64,000 bases of DNA from Blastocatellia bacterium (GTDB lineage Bacteria > Acidobacteriota > Blastocatellia > UBA7656): assembly GCA_963765495.1 (NCBI GenBank), contig CAVXWP010000008.1, positions 1 to 64,000 of the forward strand. The letters are read 5' to 3'. Under the pieces are notes generated by a model, which searched no databases, had not been told where the DNA came from, and was given only the letters and a program-made list of their open reading frames with translations. Within the stretch, counting starts at the first letter, position 1, and each line of letters starts with the position of its first letter. The translations under genes and the position numbers were made by a program. Of this stretch, positions 41,055 through 51,740 are shown piece by piece.

Positions 41055-42395
41055 TCACTTTGGAGCGGAAACCGAAGGAGCGAATTTTTCCGCATACTGA
41101 CTGGCTTTCAGGAATTCCTTACAGTCCTGTATTTGCAGTATATCCGAGACCGCCTGTTTCTTGTCGGCAGCATTTTTGTAGTAAGCCTCGCTGATTTTAT
41201 ACCCCATCCAATAGCCAAGGTCCACGGGGCGCTCTCCCTTTGCGATGCCGCCATAAAGCCAGCGAGATGTAACCTTGCCGTCCATTTCCTTCTGGAATTC
41301 TTCCCAGAGTTCGGCCTCGTGGGCATTGGCCCAGACATGTGTCTGTCGCATGCGAGTTATCAAACGGCCCGAAGTTAATTCGCCAAGAAAATCGGCGCTG
41401 CCCTCCATCAGACAGGCGCAGAGCAGACTACTTTGTGACGCGTATTTCTGCTGGAAGTGAATGGCTTCGTGAGCTACCAGAGGCGGTATCTCGCTCTGTT
41501 CCATCACCGCGTCTTTTTCCCAATCATTCAATTCCTGAGTCGGAAGATCCGATAGCCGGGTAAATAACTCAGCGCCCATTAACAGACCATTACTGCTTGT
41601 TGTCCCACCGCTTCTCATCTGGCCGATCACAAAATAGGAGTCCGGGAACATAGCCGCAGGGTAAATTCCCTTTAGTTTGCGAAACGCTTTTATCGTTTCT
41701 GTGCGCTGATCGTCGAGAGCGAGCGTCAGAGGGCGTATCGCCATGAAGAAATTAGGATGGCTTTTGATTGTTGCCGATAAGGTCGCAGCATCAAGGCGTC
41801 CGCTCTTGCTGAAATCCTTCAGCCCTACACTCCCCGGCTCTATATACTCTCGCTGGAAGATCGCGGGCCATTGTTCGGGAGCGGCAGCCAGGGCTTTATC
41901 GTACGCCTGCCAGAATAGATTTATATCCGTCGTATTGAATCGCGCTTTATTCGGATCGCTATGATCTTTGAGAAATTTTATCTGCTGCTGATCGCATGCT
42001 TCGACCGTCTTGGCCCATCGCGGGTCTTTATGCAACCCTTCCAGATCGCTGTCCTTCTTCAAATGCTCGACATTACGAAACCCGGTTTCAATTGCCTGGC
42101 CCAGGAACTGAAAGGCTCTCTCTTTATCGCCCGCAAGGGCCAGCGAGCAAGCCGTGTCATAGAGCGTCCCGGTATCGCGCTCCCCTTTCGCGACCGCTTC
42201 CTGTAACAGCTTTGCCGATTTAACGTAGTCCTTGTTTTGATAAGCGCCCATGCCTTCATTGAGCAACTGGGCTGCTCTCTTTTCTTCATATTGTGAAGGT
42301 TGTGGCGTGGCGCCCTGTTGGGCGAATGCTTCTCCGACAACTGACAGAAGCATCAACAGTATCGCAACCCGAATAATCAAATACTCTCCCATCAT
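41055..42395 (-). CDS. Secreted TPR plus putative Zn-dependent protease (DUF2268-like)
   Basis: YDTACSLAL TPR, HEAIH zincin motif, EGSADF, LGYWMGY. Confidence 0.8.
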   Translation of the reverse strand: MMGEYLIIRVAILLMLLSVVGEAFAQQGATPQPSQYEEKRAAQLLNEGMGAYQNKDYVKSAKLLQEAVAKGERDTGTLYDTACSLALAGDKERAFQFLGQAIETGFRNVEHLKKDSDLEGLHKDPRWAKTVEACDQQQIKFLKDHSDPNKARFNTTDINLFWQAYDKALAAAPEQWPAIFQREYIEPGSVGLKDFSKSGRLDAATLSATIKSHPNFFMAIRPLTLALDDQRTETIKAFRKLKGIYPAAMFPDSYFVIGQMRSGGTTSSNGLLMGAELFTRLSDLPTQELNDWEKDAVMEQSEIPPLVAHEAIHFQQKYASQSSLLCACLMEGSADFLGELTSGRLITRMRQTHVWANAHEAELWEEFQKEMDGKVTSRWLYGGIAKGERPVDLGYWMGYKISEAYYKNAADKKQAVSDILQIQDCKEFLKASQYAEKFAPSVSAPK

Positions 42396-42601
42396 TCCCT
42401 CCGTACCTGAGTAAGCCCCTCGCGTCTGTTCCTTTCATCGGGCAGCCGCGTGAGTGGACGACTGCCTGCGAGACACTGGTTTGGCAGATGAGTTTAATGC
42501 AGAAAGAACCGGCTTGCCAACAGCACAACTCAGTTGAAACCCTTCTGCTCCGGCCTATGCCTGGACCATTCAGTTTTCATGGTGTAGATGAGGAAAAGAG
42601 G

Positions 42602-42709
42602 AATAGGCCACGGATGACGCGGATGCGGCGGATCTACGCGGATCTGACAACTTATAGCCTAATCCGCGAAAATCCGCCGCATCCGCGTCATCCGTGGCCT
42701 ATTTCAACT
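42602..42709. repeat. Dispersed REP-like palindrome built from CGGAT units
   Basis: About 42-bp arms ATAGGCCACGGATGACGCGGATGCGGCGGAT... with reverse-complement right arm. Confidence 0.9.
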
Positions 42710-42867
42710 CACCTTTGCATCAAATCAACTTTTACCATTTCTTCCGCCTATTGTGCGCAACTCAAAAACTGAATGGCCTGGGTCTATGCCAGGCTTTTTC
42801 AAAGAGCAATCAATGATTGCCTGCGATCTCGGCAGGTCAATCTCAGAAAAAAATGGCCCTGCGGTCT

Positions 42868-42896
42868 TTGATCAATGCCGCATTTGTTGCTACTAT
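42868..42896 (+). promoter_or_regulatory. Sigma70-type promoter, probably leaderless
   Basis: TTGATC-17 nt-TACTAT with TG extension, 6 nt before ATG 42903. Confidence 0.55.
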
Positions 42897-42902
42897 CTCG
42901 TC

Positions 42903-43085
42903 ATGCTAAATATTACATTTGGGGATCAATCCACCGAGCTGGATTTGGACGGGTACAATCATAGCGACGACGACATCCGAGAGATAGTTGCCAAACATTT
43001 CGATGTCAGCATAGACACGCTCCAGGCTTATGAAATAGATCGCTACGGCAAGAACGTGGTTTTTCGTCCCGACTCAGACTCTTAG
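42903..43085 (+). CDS. Small acidic hypothetical protein (60 aa)
   Basis: Protein-like sequence MLNITFGD...VVFRPDSDS directly behind a promoter. Confidence 0.6.
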   Translation: MLNITFGDQSTELDLDGYNHSDDDIREIVAKHFDVSIDTLQAYEIDRYGKNVVFRPDSDS

Positions 43086-43264
43086 CCACGTGACTTCTGC
43101 TTGAATATATCGTCTAAAAAGGGCATAAATATCTGTTTGTTGTGAGGTTGTCACACTTGCCTGAAGGCGGAACTCGGCCGGAGCCTGAATTTGCTATTGC
43201 GTGGATCGCAAGGTAGACTTGGGCTGAGCACAGATCACAAAAGATAGGTGGAAGGAGAACAGGA

Positions 43265-43759
43265 ATGGAAGCTATTAAATCCCGTGCCGGTGGAGAGACG
43301 GCTCCGGATTGTTATTCAAATCAAGGAACCGTAAAGGTTTTTTCAAGGACTATCGAAGTCAGGACAGAGGAGAGGACCGATCTTGTCAATCTGACGGACG
43401 ACATTCGCTCGCTTGTCGACACCTCGGGTATCGTGGACGGCTATGTACAGGTTTCTTCGCTTCACACCACGGCAGGTCTGTTTATGAACGAGTGGCAGGA
43501 TGCGCTGCTTGCCGACATAAGATCAATGCTCGAAGGGATAGTGCCCAGAGAGACATATTATAAGCATAATGATCCGAAACACTCTGATTGCGACCGCAGT
43601 AATGCCGACTCTCATCTTAGAAATGTAGTGCTGGGTCACTCTTTGTCGGTCCCCATATCGCAAGGCAAGCTGGTGCTCGGCCAGTGGCAAAGTGTTATCC
43701 TTGCGGAGTTCGACGGCCCAAATCAGCGCAAAGTTTTTATGCAAGTCTTTGGAATCTGA
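43265..43759 (+). CDS. yjbQ: YjbQ/UPF0047 family protein
   Basis: HTTAG, NADSH, LGQWQ, EFDGP. Confidence 0.92.
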   Translation: MEAIKSRAGGETAPDCYSNQGTVKVFSRTIEVRTEERTDLVNLTDDIRSLVDTSGIVDGYVQVSSLHTTAGLFMNEWQDALLADIRSMLEGIVPRETYYKHNDPKHSDCDRSNADSHLRNVVLGHSLSVPISQGKLVLGQWQSVILAEFDGPNQRKVFMQVFGI

Positions 43760-43785
43760 TCTCCGAATTATTTGAGCGAATTATT

Positions 43786-43824
43786 TGAGGCGGGCTGCTG
43801 ACAGACACCCGAATGCCCGCCTCA
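43786..43824. terminator. Hairpin between convergent yjbQ and hpnE
   Basis: TGAGGCGGGC / GCCCGCCTCA inverted repeat. Confidence 0.5.
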
Positions 43825-43875
43825 TCCAAAGATTCCCTGTTCTTCAATTGGTCGGTTCTTCAAGCCGACCTCATC

Positions 43876-45219
43876 TCAAAAAGATAAAGCCGAACTGATG
43901 ATTTCAGCCGCCGTGTCCCCGCTCATAACCGCGCCTTCGATTGTTGCGGGAAGCCCCGTATTGGTCCAGTCTCCAGCAAGAATCAGATTTGGTATAGAGG
44001 TCCGAGCGTCGGGTCTGATGCGGTCGCTCGCAATTGTATGAGACAGCGTAGCCTCGCGCTCTTTGACCACGCGGCTGTGCAGGAGCTTTGCGTTTCGACT
44101 CTCAGGCACAAGCCTTTTCAACTCGCCGAGCGCCATCTCTACAAGCGCCTCCTTTGTCCAGTCTACGTGACCGCTTGCGGCGCTGATGACGAGCGCGATT
44201 TGATTCGACTTGTTCCCTGTCGAAAAGAGCAAGTCCTTGTTGAAGAGCCATTGAATATTTGTCCCAAGCAACCCCAGAAATTCGCGGTCAATGACGGGTC
44301 GGTCAAACCATAGGTTTATCGAAACTATGGGTGAAGTTTCGAGCAAGGCAAGAGGCGCAAATTCGCCTTCCCTCAGACTGTCGGGCAGCATTTGCAAGAG
44401 AGCCGCGTGAGGCACAGCCGTAATAAAATAATCGGCTTCGATTCGCTCTCCGTCCCTTAACTCCACAGAAATCGCGCGACCTGCCTGAACCTTCAACTTT
44501 GCTACTGCCGCATCGGTTCGCACCTGCCCCCCGTGTGATTCGATGTAGTCTTGCGCTCCAACGGTGTAGAGTTTGCTGAGCCCGACACGGGCGATCCCGA
44601 GACTTGAATCAGAACGGCTTCCGGCAAAGGCTTCTCTCAGCACCCGCGCCATCAACTTTGCCGAAGCAATTTCGGGAGACTCGTTCAACGTGGCTATTGC
44701 AATCGGATACCAGAATCTCTGTTTGATCCGTTCGGACTGACGGAGGCCGTCAAGCCATGCCGAAACCGTTTGCGGGGTTTCAGCCGCCCCATTTTTGTTC
44801 TGTTTGCGCCTGATGGCCAGTCCGACATTTATCGCCCGCAGCTTGTCGCGGAGTCCTATCCCACCCATTCGCATTAAACCCGCAAGCACATGAAACGGCG
44901 CAGGCAGGGAAGGGCATTCAAAGGTTTCGATGCCGTTGATTTCATCCAGGAATTCAACTCTGGGCGACTGCTGAAACCGCAACCTGTCGAGACAGCCTAT
45001 CTTTGTGAGGAAAGAGATCGTGTGATGATAGCAACCCATGAAGAGATGCTGCCCGTTGTCTACTACGTCACCGGTTTTTGGATCGTTGAAAGAGTAGGCT
45101 CGTCCTCCCAGGTGTTTGCGCCGTTCGAGGAGGATAACTTCGCGTCCGCGTTCGGTCAGGGCAACACCCGCGGCAAGTCCTGCAAATCCGCCACCAATTA
45201 TCGCTACGCGCTCGGCCAA
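43876..45219 (-). CDS. hpnE: Hydroxysqualene dehydroxylase
   Basis: GGGFAG, DNGQH, LAGDWT..GLPATIEGAV; follows hpnCD. Confidence 0.93.
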   Translation of the reverse strand: MAERVAIIGGGFAGLAAGVALTERGREVILLERRKHLGGRAYSFNDPKTGDVVDNGQHLFMGCYHHTISFLTKIGCLDRLRFQQSPRVEFLDEINGIETFECPSLPAPFHVLAGLMRMGGIGLRDKLRAINVGLAIRRKQNKNGAAETPQTVSAWLDGLRQSERIKQRFWYPIAIATLNESPEIASAKLMARVLREAFAGSRSDSSLGIARVGLSKLYTVGAQDYIESHGGQVRTDAAVAKLKVQAGRAISVELRDGERIEADYFITAVPHAALLQMLPDSLREGEFAPLALLETSPIVSINLWFDRPVIDREFLGLLGTNIQWLFNKDLLFSTGNKSNQIALVISAASGHVDWTKEALVEMALGELKRLVPESRNAKLLHSRVVKEREATLSHTIASDRIRPDARTSIPNLILAGDWTNTGLPATIEGAVMSGDTAAEIISSALSF

Positions 45220-45222
45220 GAA

Positions 45223-46095
45223 TTACCTCTTCAGCTTGCTTCTCAACCAGACGCTGAGAGCTATCTGCATGCGCCGCATCTTTGGCACGGTGATCCGATT
45301 GTGATAGACATCGAATCGTACGGCTTCGATGTCGTCGAGCAATTCCCGGTAGATTGCGCTCATGATTTCTGCGGCAAAAAGCGAAGATCGATCCTGAGCG
45401 GGAAGCGAAGCCGCTGCCTTGTCAAAGTAGCTGCGAGCGCGGGCGTGTTCAAATTTCATCAAGTTGATAAAAGGTGCATTGTAAAGATTGGCTCGCAAAT
45501 CCTTTTCAGAGTACCCGAAGCGATCCATATCTTCCAGCGGAATGTAAATCCTTTCGCGGGCGATGTCTTCTTTAAGATCGCGCAAGATATTCGTCAATTG
45601 CAGAGCCAGTCCCAGATTGACGGCATACTCGCGCGTGCGCGCAGATTCATATTCGAATATCTCTATGCAGATCAACCCGACAGCCGATGCCACCCGATAA
45701 CAATACTCGCGCAGGTCTGCAAAGGTCTGGTAGCTCTGCCATTGCAGATCCATTTCCATCCCCTCGATAATGTCGAGAAATGCATGTTTAGGAAGGCTGA
45801 ACTCTTCTATGGAATCCGTCAGCCGCTCGCCAAATTCGGTCTCCGGTTGCCCGCGAAAACATGCCTCCACCTCGCCTCGCCAGAATTCCAGTTCTTTGTA
45901 CGGGTCGCGCCCCGCCTGGTCTTTGTCAACAATGTCGTCAAGCAATCTACAAAAGCCATAGACATTCTTAATGGCCCTGCGTTTCGGTCCGGGAAGGAGC
46001 AGAAAAGAGTAATAGAAGTTCGAGCCTGCTGCGCGCACCATGCTCTTTGGCGCGGCCAGCACACGGGCCATAGCTCGGGTTCGATTGCTATTCAT
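45223..46095 (-). CDS. hpnD: Presqualene diphosphate synthase
   Basis: GSNFYYSF, DDIVD, YCYRVASAVG, QLTNILRD. Confidence 0.93.
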   Translation of the reverse strand: MNSNRTRAMARVLAAPKSMVRAAGSNFYYSFLLLPGPKRRAIKNVYGFCRLLDDIVDKDQAGRDPYKELEFWRGEVEACFRGQPETEFGERLTDSIEEFSLPKHAFLDIIEGMEMDLQWQSYQTFADLREYCYRVASAVGLICIEIFEYESARTREYAVNLGLALQLTNILRDLKEDIARERIYIPLEDMDRFGYSEKDLRANLYNAPFINLMKFEHARARSYFDKAAASLPAQDRSSLFAAEIMSAIYRELLDDIEAVRFDVYHNRITVPKMRRMQIALSVWLRSKLKR

Positions 46096-47041
46096 GCGAG
46101 CGGCGAAACCTTTCCTTCCTCAAGGCCATCAGCAATATATTCAACTTGTCGACAGACCTGATCGCGGGCCTTTGCGAAAATAGATCATAACGATTCTCTT
46201 CAAGTCGCTTCAGTATTTGCCAGCCTCCAAGCCACACTGCTCTCAACTCAATCCCGAGCCTCCCGCGCACCTCGGTGCAGAGCGGTTTTCCCCTGGCAAA
46301 CAGGCTGCGCGCGCGCGCCACCTCAAACTCCATCAACTTCTGAAAATCGTCGGTCACGTTCCGCTGTTTGAGGTCTTCGACGCTCACTCGAAACTGTTTG
46401 AGGTCCTCCATCGGCAAGTATACGCGATCTTTGTCCAGGTCTATGGCAACATCCTGCCAGTGGTTTGCCAGTTGGAGCGCCGTGCAAATATCGTCTGATC
46501 TGGCGTGCATATCAGGATCGCGATGGCCGAATAGCAACAGGATCAATCGACCTATAGGATTGGCCGAACGTCGGCAATAATCGAGCAATGCTTCGAAGCT
46601 TTCATAACGAGAGACGGTCACATCCTGAATGAATGCCGAGATCAAATCTTCAAACAATTCCCGGGGAAGTTCGAATTTGGAAGCAGTCTCGCCCAGCGCG
46701 ATAAAGATCGGGTGGTTTGCGCGTCCGTGAAAACTTTCTCCGAGCATTTCGCGCCATGATTGTAGTAGTTCAAGTCGCAGATTCTGGCTATAGCCGTCCT
46801 CATAGCCTTCATCGGCGAAATCATCCGCCGTTCTGGCAAACGCATAAATAGAGAAGAAATGTTTTCTCAGGTGGCCTGGGACAAGCAGAGAGCCAACGGG
46901 GAAGTTCTCATAATGGGAACGCGCCATATGCTCGCAGAACTCATAAGCCGATGCGAGCGTCCACGACCGCCCCGAAACGCGCTCGCCGTAAACAGCTTCT
47001 GCGAGCGAGCCTGATTTCTTTTGTATAGACGTGCTCATCAT
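46088..47041 (-). CDS. hpnC: Hydroxysqualene synthase
   Basis: HYENFPVGS, ARTADDFADE, YCRRSANPIG, QLANHWQD. Confidence 0.94.
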   Translation of the reverse strand: MMSTSIQKKSGSLAEAVYGERVSGRSWTLASAYEFCEHMARSHYENFPVGSLLVPGHLRKHFFSIYAFARTADDFADEGYEDGYSQNLRLELLQSWREMLGESFHGRANHPIFIALGETASKFELPRELFEDLISAFIQDVTVSRYESFEALLDYCRRSANPIGRLILLLFGHRDPDMHARSDDICTALQLANHWQDVAIDLDKDRVYLPMEDLKQFRVSVEDLKQRNVTDDFQKLMEFEVARARSLFARGKPLCTEVRGRLGIELRAVWLGGWQILKRLEENRYDLFSQRPAIRSVDKLNILLMALRKERFRRSHE

Positions 47042-47198
47042 CGAGTGATTTCGAAAGTCTAAGTATATTGGGTTTTTACTGGTGAAGAAAGCAGTTGGGA
47101 CTGCAAGTTTGCTGATCCTTTATCGAAACACAGAGCCGTTTAGTTCTCAAACTGCCCTGTCGGGGACCTGGAAAACCACTGATTGCTTGATTAAAAAG

Positions 47199-47279
47199 CT
47201 CTGCGTCTCTTTGCGGCTTTGCGGCTTTGCGAGAATCTGTTGCGAGAAAGTGTTGTTCGCAAAGCCGCAAAGTACGCAG
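47199..47279. repeat. Octamer (CTTTGCGG)n with inverted arm
   Basis: CTTTGCGGCTTTGCGGCTTTGCG ... CGCAAAGCCGCAAAG. Confidence 0.75.
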
Positions 47280-47518
47280 TGATTTTTCTGAATCTAAAAC
47301 GGCCAGGATCGAAACAGCGCCCTCAGATTCGATATGCGAGCCGGGGCAAACCCGTCCGGGGGCGGCATTAAGTATCGAAACCGGGTCGAGTGCGCGAGTA
47401 ATACAAGAGTTATCACACACACAAATCGATACGACTTTATCCGTCGTTTATTCAGTGTTCTAATTCTATCTGTTTATGAGGCCGGAGCGGGCCTGACATC
47501 CAGCCCATGAAAGAAAAC

Positions 47519-48076
47519 CTAGTGACCCGTCGCGGCATTTGACGGTTTGCTGACCGTCTTGCCGACTGCGACGTTATGCATATGCTCTGCACAACAAGAC
47601 TGCAACGCTTCATCCACCATCGGTTCGACCATCTTCTCATTCTTGCGACAGACAGTAGACAGTTCGCTGATGACCAGATAGCGCGCTCGCTCCAACATTC
47701 TCTTTTCACGGAACGATAAAGGCTTTTGCAACGATAAGTACGTAAGATTCTTTAAGACCTCGGCGACGTGGAATATGTCTCCGGTCTTCATCTTCTCCAA
47801 AAAATCTTTGTATCTGTCTTTCCAATCGAGCGGAGGACTCGTGAAGTCCGCCGAGAGCGCTTCCAATAACCTCTCGCACTGGTTGGACTTGATCGGAGAC
47901 CTCAGGCCGACCTCAACCGCGTTTGCGATGGGAACCATCACGGTTGATTCGGTCGCTTTCAATCGCAACAGGTAAAAACTGTTCTGCGCGCCCTGAATCT
48001 CTGTAGTTGTGATGCTTTCGATTACACCTATCCCGTGGTTTGGATAGACAACTTTCTCGCCTATTTTAAAGCTCAC
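47519..48076 (-). CDS. carD: CarD family transcriptional regulator
   Basis: FKIGEKVVYPNHG, WKDRY, LSFREK. Confidence 0.93.
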   Translation of the reverse strand: MSFKIGEKVVYPNHGIGVIESITTTEIQGAQNSFYLLRLKATESTVMVPIANAVEVGLRSPIKSNQCERLLEALSADFTSPPLDWKDRYKDFLEKMKTGDIFHVAEVLKNLTYLSLQKPLSFREKRMLERARYLVISELSTVCRKNEKMVEPMVDEALQSCCAEHMHNVAVGKTVSKPSNAATGH

Positions 48077-48396
48077 AGATACCTCCTTCTGAACTTTTGA
48101 GCGGAATCAGGCCCAGTCTGGCGGGCTTGATGGGTGAAATACCCTTATACATCGAGTTTCTCTTAAATTACCGACAAGCTGCGAACTTCTCTCGTCAGTA
48201 GGGGGGGTAATTGACAAGACGGACAAGTTCGATTTTTGAATCGCTCTCCTTGCCCAGTCCGTTTGTGCAACTGTTCGCAACATTAAGTTTACAATAGCTT
48301 CAAGAGCCGGTCAAGCAGAGATCGTTGAAAGGTTGCCTCGCAACATTTTTACAATTTTTTACAATTGCGCAATGCAGACGAAACCTTACAAGTTTG

Positions 48397-48437
48397 AAAA
48401 AGCGGGCGGCAGAACCTGTATCTGTCGCCCGCTTTTT
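48397..48437 (-). terminator. Intrinsic terminator after the HtrA gene
   Basis: AAAAAGCGGGCGGCAGA...TCTGTCGCCCGCTTTTT. Confidence 0.75.
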
Positions 48438-48444
48438 AAGTCCA

Positions 48445-49974
<1,530 letters not shown>

Positions 49975-50139
49975 CTAGGTTTCCTCCAAACCGGAACTTA
50001 TGCTTGAGGATTGGCAATAAGGGCTACCATTTTACCCTCGACGTCTTTGTTTCAAAGTCTCCCAACGGAAAGGTATCGGTCCCGGTCATTATATCAGACA
50101 GCAATTTTCGGTTCTAGCTTTGCTCGCATCATCTTCGGC

Positions 50140-51696
50140 CTACTGTGAGTGTTCCTGTTTTGGCGGGGCCTGTTTCGCGTTCTTGTCGAAAAAGTCCATC
50201 ACCGCCGGAAATGTAACTGCGACCACCGAGATGTTATCTGCCTCCGGCGCTTCTAGGTATGTGGCTTTCATCCCGGCTTTCTGCGCTGAGGCCACCGCCG
50301 CGCGCGAAAGAGCCGGCGGCACTACGCCGTCACGCGCTCCGTGAACAACAAGCGCGGGAAGAGCTTTTACCTTTTCGAGCACAGCCGCGACCTGCTGCGG
50401 TTGAGCGGGGCTGCCGCCTGACACCGGAGCGATGGCGGCAAACATTTCAGGATTCTGCGCCGCTGCCGTCCAGGTTCCCAACCCGCCAAGCGAATTCCCC
50501 GTAAGATAGATACGCGATTCCTCTATCTCGTAATTGCGGTCCACGTCCTTGATCACCTCAAACACATCTGCAAGCCCCTGATCGAAATAGCCGCCCAGAC
50601 GACCTCCGCCCTTTGGTGCCGCAAGCAGGTATCCCCGCCTCTCTGCTTCGCCTTTTATCACTGCCGGGTCGTAGAGGCCGCTGAAGTATGTGCGCTCGTC
50701 TCCGAGTACTCCGTGCAGCAGCACTACAAGAGGGAAGGGGGTCTTGCCGTCGTAGCTCTTTGGCACATAGACCCGATAAGGAACCAGCCTGCCGTCGGGC
50801 GCTCTGTAAGCGCGTTCGACTTCGCCGCGTTCATCCGTAAAAGGGTTCTGCCCGTTTCCGAGCGCCGCGAGTTCCGCTTCGATGCGATCAAATTCGGCCG
50901 GGACGTCAATCCTTACTTCGCCTGTGCTCTGATTAAGCTCGGCCAGGCGTTGCAATTGATATTCGGGTGTAGTCACAAGACCGGCAAATGCCTTTACACG
51001 CAAGACTGTCGAATTCTTTATGGCCGCAATCATTGTCTGATCGTCGGCAATGCGTTCGTTGAAGTCGCTGATGGCATAGACAGGTTTCTTGATCTCGGCC
51101 ACTACTCGCCCGCCGGATTCAATACGAGCCACGGCCCAGTAAACGCCATCGGGCAATCGCATGCGGCGGTTGGCATTGGTTATCGTCTCTCCAAGCGGCA
51201 CCCGTTCACCGATCACCTGCGGTTTCAATAGCTCAGCCGGGATTGACGGGTCGGCAGGCGAGGCCGGTACTATCTCGAAGGTTACAGCGGGCGTTGAGCC
51301 GAATACTTTATCCCCGTCAACCCGGAACATCTGCTCAAGCGAAAACTGCAAATCCTGGTTTGTCACGACCACTACGCGATTGGTGTTGAACGTTAACGAG
51401 GAGATGAATTTTTGTCTGTCGTCCCATTTCTTGCCCTCCATCAAGGCAATGCCTTCCCCCCATATCTCAAGCAAGGCCGGAACGTCGGGTTGCAGGAATG
51501 CCTGTTCGCCGCGTTTTCGCAACGCTTCGATTGCAGAGAGGTCTGCGCCCGCCTGCCGTTTCTCGGCATAGAGCCGGTTGAATTGCTCGAATCGCGATAC
51601 GAGTTCGGGAAGAAAGGGCACCTGCTGCGCCGTTGCGCCCAACGGGTTCAGAGCGATTAAAACGGCGAAAAACACGACGCTCAAAACTCTCTTCAT
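50140..51696 (-). CDS. Secreted protein with C-terminal alpha/beta hydrolase domain
   Basis: Signal peptide, PYRVYVP, LVVLLHG, GNSLGG, VHGARD. Confidence 0.85.
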   Translation of the reverse strand: MKRVLSVVFFAVLIALNPLGATAQQVPFLPELVSRFEQFNRLYAEKRQAGADLSAIEALRKRGEQAFLQPDVPALLEIWGEGIALMEGKKWDDRQKFISSLTFNTNRVVVVTNQDLQFSLEQMFRVDGDKVFGSTPAVTFEIVPASPADPSIPAELLKPQVIGERVPLGETITNANRRMRLPDGVYWAVARIESGGRVVAEIKKPVYAISDFNERIADDQTMIAAIKNSTVLRVKAFAGLVTTPEYQLQRLAELNQSTGEVRIDVPAEFDRIEAELAALGNGQNPFTDERGEVERAYRAPDGRLVPYRVYVPKSYDGKTPFPLVVLLHGVLGDERTYFSGLYDPAVIKGEAERRGYLLAAPKGGGRLGGYFDQGLADVFEVIKDVDRNYEIEESRIYLTGNSLGGLGTWTAAAQNPEMFAAIAPVSGGSPAQPQQVAAVLEKVKALPALVVHGARDGVVPPALSRAAVASAQKAGMKATYLEAPEADNISVVAVTFPAVMDFFDKNAKQAPPKQEHSQ

Positions 51697-51740
51697 AGCT
51701 TGCACATCCTGATCAAAATAGAGTTATTGAATGCAGTTTA

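Noticed and set aside
42602-42709. Repeats as a CRISPR array
   Set aside because: No regular repeat-spacer periodicity and no cas genes
43086-43264. TPP riboswitch upstream of yjbQ
   Set aside because: The conserved CTGAGA and downstream TPP core motifs are not present
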